Assembly (NCBI GenBank): GCA_028826165.1
Contig: JAPDFW010000147.1
Coordinates: 620,001-684,000 of the forward strand
Source of the DNA: Anaeramoeba ignava BMAN
Taxonomy: Eukaryota > Protista > Anaeramoebae
Direction of reading: 5' to 3'
DNA: 64,000 nucleotides
A program made the position numbers and the translations under genes. The notes under the pieces were generated by a model. It did not search any database, was not told the DNA's origin, and was given only the letters and a program-made list of their open reading frames with translations. Of this stretch, positions 58,701 to 64,000 are shown piece after piece. Numbering within the stretch: position 1 is the first letter of the stretch; each line of letters opens with the position of its first letter.

Positions 58701-60561
58701 AATAGGCATTAATTTTTCGAAAAGAAAACAACAAAATTTGTATTCAATAGAATTGAGTAAACTGAGTAAATATAAAATTGAAACCATTAAAGACCAATTA
58801 AAGAAAGTGATATTAAAGATTAAAAATGAAAAACACCAAAATGCATTTTCAACAAATTCAATTCAAGAAATACTAAAAATGAAAGAAAAGAAAAATTTCG
58901 TAAATGTTATTAAAATCAGAGAAATGGAAAAACAGCCTCTAATCAATTATCAAGTAGATGTTATTGAAACATTTATTTGCGAAAGAATAGCAACTCATAA
59001 TTGTGGAAGAGCAGGAAGAGTAGGAATTGATACGGAAGGCGAGTCAATATTGATTGCACCAAAGAAGCAAGAAGAGATTGATAATATCTTCCAAGTTTTA
59101 GTCAACTCACCGCTTCCTCCTTTGGAAAGTACCTTCACATTAAATGAAAGCAAAGGATTAAGAAGAATATTGATTGAGTGTGTATCAAGCGGATTGATTA
59201 GAACAAAATATGATGCAGAGAGATTAATGCAAAGCACTTTGTGTAATTTTTTTGAAGAAAAAAAGCAAAAGGGAAAAATGGAAGAACTTCTTGTAAACTC
59301 TTTGAATTATCTGAAAGAAAACGGTTTTATTCAAAACAACGAGGATGAGGATATTTACCAAATTAGTGATTTGGGACAAGGAGTTGTTGATTCATGCCTC
59401 GATCTGAATGACTCATTGGTTCTTTATCAGGAATTACTAAAGGCAAAAGAAGGGTTGATTCTCGATTCCGAACTGCATGCGTTATATTATATCGTGCCAA
59501 TTTCACACAACATTCCTGTGAATTGGCAAATATATGAGGAGGTTTACTGTAGAATGAATAGAGGCTTAAAGAAGGTAGCAGATTTACTCGGTGTTTCTGA
59601 GGGATACATCTTCAGAGTAACATCTCGAATAATTGATCCTCAAAATGATACTGTGGATGAGATTGCACGAATACATAGAAAATTCTTTGTTGCTTTACTT
59701 CTTTTTGATTTGATCCAAGAAACACCTTTGCCAATCGTGTCCGAGAAATATGGAGTTGACCGAGGAGAAATCCAATCGCTAATGAATTCTGCTGGATCTT
59801 TTTCTTTTCAAGTGGCAACTTTTTGTGAGAAAATTGGTTTTCATTTACTTCATCCAATTATGATCAGCATTTCCGAAAGAGTCAATTTTGGTGTTAAAGG
59901 AGAAATCGTAAATTTGACCCAGATTCCTTATGTAAAACCCTATAGAGCTCGGAAATTATATCAAGCTGGATATGTTTCCATTGAAGATGTTGCAAAGGCA
60001 AAAGTTGAAGATATTGAAAAATTGATTAAAATTAATAAACCTATGGTTCCTTCAGGCAAATTCGAGTTGGACAACAACCAAGAATACGATCAAGAGCAAG
60101 AAGATATCCAAAAAAGAATTCAACGCAAAATCGCATTTAAAATTGTTTATGGAGCTCGTGCATTGTTGAAACAAAAACAAGCAACTTTAATTTCAGGATT
60201 GGATATTTCTCAAGATGAAAACGAAAGGAATTTGAAACAAAAATCAATGAGTTTACTCCAATCTCAACTATTTTCGCAAAGATTTGAAAATGAAAAAGAC
60301 GAATCAAAAGAACCTTTATCAATCCATACAGATTCTACATCTTATTCTTATTCTTATTCTTCTTCTCATAAAAGTGATAATTTTGAGAATGATTTATATA
60401 ATAGCAAAAATGAAAATTTCAGTATTTATCCACAAACAGAAAGTAAAAATTCGTTTGGTTTTAATGGAAATGGTGTTTTTGGTGATTTTGGTGGTGAATA
60501 TGTTGATATTCTTGATAATTTAAGGAATGAATTTAATTTTGATGATTATGATAAATTTTGA
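52743..60561 (+). CDS. HELQ-like: HELQ/POLQ-family (Hel308-like) SF2 DNA helicase precursor with two tandem inteins and a Q/N-rich N-terminus; no polymerase domain
   Basis: APTSGGKT, DEIH, GMTAT, YHHAGL, TTTLSVGVNLPARRVII, YKQM-[inteins]-CGRAGR, and HhH LTQIPYVKPYRARKLYQAG. Frameshifts in the repeat tract and at ~57160. Confidence 0.88.
53265..55072 (+). repeat. Hexamer-based repeat (AATCAA/AATATA/TTCCAA), probably coding NQ/NI/FQ
   Basis: Essentially G-free on +, so it has no GT/AG sites. It runs in frame into the helicase ORF as ...NINENELIPLSK. Confidence 0.8.
56259..57843 (+). mobile_element. Intein 1 (~528 aa) with degenerate LAGLIDADG endonuclease
   Basis: Block A CFTYSTPVLL, block B TCTKEH, C-like LFGFLSGNE, E-like FLKGLFNSTS, block F KVYDIEVDLDHNYII, block G IIAHN followed by C. 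One extra base near 57160-57165. Confidence 0.92.
57844..59001 (+). mobile_element. Intein 2 (386 aa) with degenerate LAGLIDADG endonuclease
   Basis: Block A CIHEETRVKM...KDIQIGDYV, block B FSNHPIW, C-like FICGLFFICG, E-like FILGIFSGCN, block F INYQVDVIETFIC, block G IATHN followed by the host CGRAGR. Confidence 0.93.
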
Positions 60562-60598
60562 AACAAGAAAATTATTTTTCATTTTTTTCTTTTTCAAA

Positions 60599-62377
60599 AT
60601 GAATGAAATTATATTTTTTGGTTCAAATGAATATCCAATTCTTTTAAAAAATGAACCAGATACAATAACAAAACCAATTCAATTTAAATTTGAAAATGAA
60701 AATGAAAATAAAAAACAAATTAAGCAAAATTCATCAGGTTATTTTTCAACAATTTTCCTTTTTGAAAATGGAAAAGCAATAGAATATTTATTTCAAAATG
60801 ATCCAAACCAAAATCCTGAAAAAATCCAAATTGAAGAAAATATTCAAAAAGTAACTGTTGGTCATCGAAATGAAGCTATTTTAACAAAAGAAGGAAATGT
60901 ATTTGCCAAAGGAAATGATATTAATCCAAAAAAACCAAAAGAATTTATCAATATTTCATCATTAATTGAAGATACAAAAGATAGAATAATTGAAGATATT
61001 GTTTCTGGACGGAATTCAATTTATTTATTAACTTCAAATCAAAATGCTTATGGAATTGGTTTAAACGATGATGGTCAACTTGGAGTTGATTCTGAAACAC
61101 TTGAAGAAACAGAAAAACCAATTTTAATGATGAAAAATGTTTCTAAAATATTTTCAGGAAATTCTTCTTATTTTTTTTTTCTTTTAAATTCAAATCAACA
61201 ATTATTTGGATGCGGATATAATCAATATGGTCAACTTGGATTAGGAAAATCAAGAAAAGAAGAATCAAAAATCCAAAAATTAACCAAAATCCAAAATATT
61301 CCAAAAGGTAAAATAATTGATATTCAATGTGGAGAATATCATTCAGTAATGCTAATTGAAGATGAAAATCAAAATCAAAATCCAAAAAGAAAACTTTATT
61401 CATGTGGAGATTATCGATATAATGGACTTGGCAAAAATCGAGAAGATACTTATGAATTTACTGAAATCAAATCACCTTTATTTGAAAATGATGATAATAT
61501 TCTTGATTTTTCAGTTGGAAATTATCATAGTTTGATTTTAACTTCTAATTCAAAATTAATTGGATTCGGAAGTAATTATTCTGGCCAATTAGGAAATGAA
61601 GATACAAATAATCAATTAATTCCAATTCAAATTGAACTTCCTAAATTAAGATTTAATGAAAATATTTCTAATTATCATGTTTCTTGTGGAATTTGGAATT
61701 CATTTCTTTATTATTCTCCTCCTTCTTTTTCCAATCTTGAAGAAGATTTGATAAAATTATTTAGAAGAAAAGAATTTTGTGATATTTCATTTAAAACCAA
61801 AAATGAAGAAATAATTGAAGCTCATAAATTAATATTGAAATATAGATTAAAACAAAATGAAAATCAAATTGAAAAACTTCAAGAAATTATTTCAAATAAA
61901 TCAATTAAAGAATCAAATCAAATATTTGAAATGATTTATTCGAATAATTCCAAAATAAATCCGAAATTATATTCTGAAATTAAAGAAATTATAAATTCAA
62001 ATGAAAAAATTGAAGAAACAATGAAAAGAATTTATTTAAATGAAAATGAAAATGAAAAAGATTTTATTATTGAAAGAAAAGAAAAACAATATAAATTTCC
62101 TAAATTAATATTAATAATGAGAAGTGAATTATATCGAGGAATGTTTTTATCTGTAACTGAAGATAAATCAAACAAAGTTACAGATTATAGTGAATTAAGT
62201 AATAAATCATTTCAAATATTAGAATATTGGATTTATTCAAATCAAATTAAAGAAGGAATTGAAATTACAAAAGAAATAATTGATGAACTTCAAATTGGAA
62301 TTGATTATTTTCAATTAAATCAAACAAATCCAAATTTATTTGATTTATTAATTAATAAATTTAATAATCAAAATTAA
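60599..62377 (+). CDS. RCC1-repeat + BTB/POZ protein, copy 1
   Basis: GxNxxGQLG repeats, CGEYHS, VGNYHSL, FCDISF...AHKLILKYR and a second BTB-like RSELYRGMF. Confidence 0.88.
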   Translation: MNEIIFFGSNEYPILLKNEPDTITKPIQFKFENENENKKQIKQNSSGYFSTIFLFENGKAIEYLFQNDPNQNPEKIQIEENIQKVTVGHRNEAILTKEGNVFAKGNDINPKKPKEFINISSLIEDTKDRIIEDIVSGRNSIYLLTSNQNAYGIGLNDDGQLGVDSETLEETEKPILMMKNVSKIFSGNSSYFFFLLNSNQQLFGCGYNQYGQLGLGKSRKEESKIQKLTKIQNIPKGKIIDIQCGEYHSVMLIEDENQNQNPKRKLYSCGDYRYNGLGKNREDTYEFTEIKSPLFENDDNILDFSVGNYHSLILTSNSKLIGFGSNYSGQLGNEDTNNQLIPIQIELPKLRFNENISNYHVSCGIWNSFLYYSPPSFSNLEEDLIKLFRRKEFCDISFKTKNEEIIEAHKLILKYRLKQNENQIEKLQEIISNKSIKESNQIFEMIYSNNSKINPKLYSEIKEIINSNEKIEETMKRIYLNENENEKDFIIERKEKQYKFPKLILIMRSELYRGMFLSVTEDKSNKVTDYSELSNKSFQILEYWIYSNQIKEGIEITKEIIDELQIGIDYFQLNQTNPNLFDLLINKFNNQN

Positions 62378-62555
62378 AATTAAAATTAAAATTAAAATTA
62401 AAATTAAAATTAAAATTAAAATTAAAAATTAAAATTAAAATAAAATCAAAATTAAAATTAAAATTAAAATTAAAATTAAAATTAAAATTAAAATTAAAAT
62501 CAAAATTAAAATCAAAATTTCAAAAATATTTTTTTCATTTTTTTTCTTTTCAAAA

Positions 62556-64000
62556 ATGAATGATTGTTTATTTTTTGGAAGAAATCAATATCCAATTCTT
62601 TTAAAAAATGAATCAGAAGTAATAACAAAACCAATTCAATTTAAATTTGAAAATGAAAATGAAAATGAAAATGAAAATGAAAATGAAAATGAAAATGAAA
62701 ATGAAAATGAAAATGAAAATGAAAATGAAAATGAAAATGAAAATAAAAAACAAATTAAACAAATTTCATCAGGCTATTTTGCAACAATTTTCCTTTTTGA
62801 AAATGGAAAAGCAATAGAATATTTAAAGGGAAATGATTCAAAACAAAATCCTGAAAAAATCCAAATTGAAGAAAATATTCAAAAAGTAACTGTTGGTTTT
62901 GATAATGAAGCTATTTTAACAATAGAAGGAAATGTATTTGCCAAAGGAAATGATATTAATCGAAAAAAACCAAAAGAATTTATTAATATTTCATCATTAA
63001 TTGAAGATAAAAAAGATAGAATAATTCAAGATGTTGTTTCTGGATACAATTCAATTTACTTATTAACTTCAAATCAAAATGCTTATGGAATTGGTTCGAA
63101 TAGATTTGGTCAACTTGGTTTTGATTCTAAAACACTTTATAAAACAGAAAAACCAATTTTAATGATGAAAAATGTTTCTAAAATATTTTCAAGAAATTCT
63201 TCAAATCATGTTTTTCTTTTAAATTCAAAGCAACAATTATTTGGATGCGGAAATAATCAATCTGGTCAACTTGGATTAGGAGAATCAAGAAGAAAAGAAA
63301 CAAAAATCCAAAAATTAAACAAAATCCAAAATATTCCAAAAGGCAAAATAATTGATATTCAATGTGGATTTTCTAATTCAATAATGTTGATTGAGAATGA
63401 AAATCAAAATCAAAATCCAAAAAGAAAACTTTATTCATGTGGAGAATATCAATATAATGGACTTGGCAAAAATCGAGAAGATACTTATAAATTTACTGAA
63501 ATCAAATCATCTTTATTTGAAAATGATGATAATATTCTTGATTTTTCAGTTGGAAATTATCATAGTTTGATTTTAACTTCCAATTCAAAATTAATAGGAT
63601 TCGGAAGTAATTATTCAGGCCAATTAGGAAATGAAGATACAGGAAAAGATCAATTAATTCCAATTCAAATTGAACTTCCTAAATTAAGATTTAATGAAAA
63701 TATTTCTAATTATCATGTTCTTTTGTGGACATTTCAATTCATTTCTTTATTATTCTCCTTCTTCTTTTTCCAATCTTGAAGAAGATTTGATAAAACTATT
63801 TAGAAGAAAAGAATTTTGTGATATTTCATTTAAAACCGAAAATGGAGAAATAATTGAAGCTCATAAATTAATATTGAAATATAGATTAAATCAAAATCAA
63901 AATCAAATTGAAAAACTTAAAGAAATTATTTCAAAAAAATCAATTAAAGAATCAAATCAAATATTTGAAATGATTTATTCAAACAGAACAATAAATCCAA
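62556..64000 (+). CDS. RCC1-repeat + BTB/POZ protein, copy 2 (frameshift near 63720, runs off the window)
   Basis: Highly similar tandem paralog of 60599-62377. BTB sequence continues in another frame after 63720. Confidence 0.85.

Noticed and set aside
57844-59001. Hedgehog/Hint autoprocessing domain or an intein nested inside another
   Set aside because: Each element has its own complete block A to G order in series, and excision of both restores motif VI, so they are tandem inteins.
21830-60561. Functional DNA-repair cluster (RAD51D, MHF1, BRCC36, HELQ)
   Set aside because: Interspersed with unrelated genes over ~40 kb; coincidence cannot be excluded without synteny data.

Overview
Very AT-rich eukaryotic nuclear DNA with GT-AG introns and the standard code. 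Poly-EN/QN tracts, tandem RCC1-BTB paralogs and nuclear inteins suggest an anaerobic protist such as Anaeramoeba (inference, not verified). About 20 densely packed genes: Rab2, a RING-H2 E3, PA200/Blm10, an MST/Hippo-like kinase with SARAH domain, RAD51D, CNNM/DUF21-CBS, THOC1, a DBP2-like DEAD-box helicase, importin-11, RIO2, CENP-S/MHF1, BRCC36, a GH18 protein, an LRR-TKL kinase, a HELQ/POLQ-type helicase, two RCC1-BTB genes and three unassigned genes. Several single-base frameshifts look like assembly errors. Two things stand out. (1) The apparent AT-rich satellite at 1-2770 is 34 units of YAG-NNN-GTAAA, i.e. splice acceptor, one variable triplet, splice donor. It reads as an array of single-codon (3-nt) microexons that concatenate into a stop-free peptide. 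(2) Two different LAGLIDADG-type inteins sit back to back, with no extein residue between them, inside motif VI (QM|CGRAGR) of the HELQ-like helicase.
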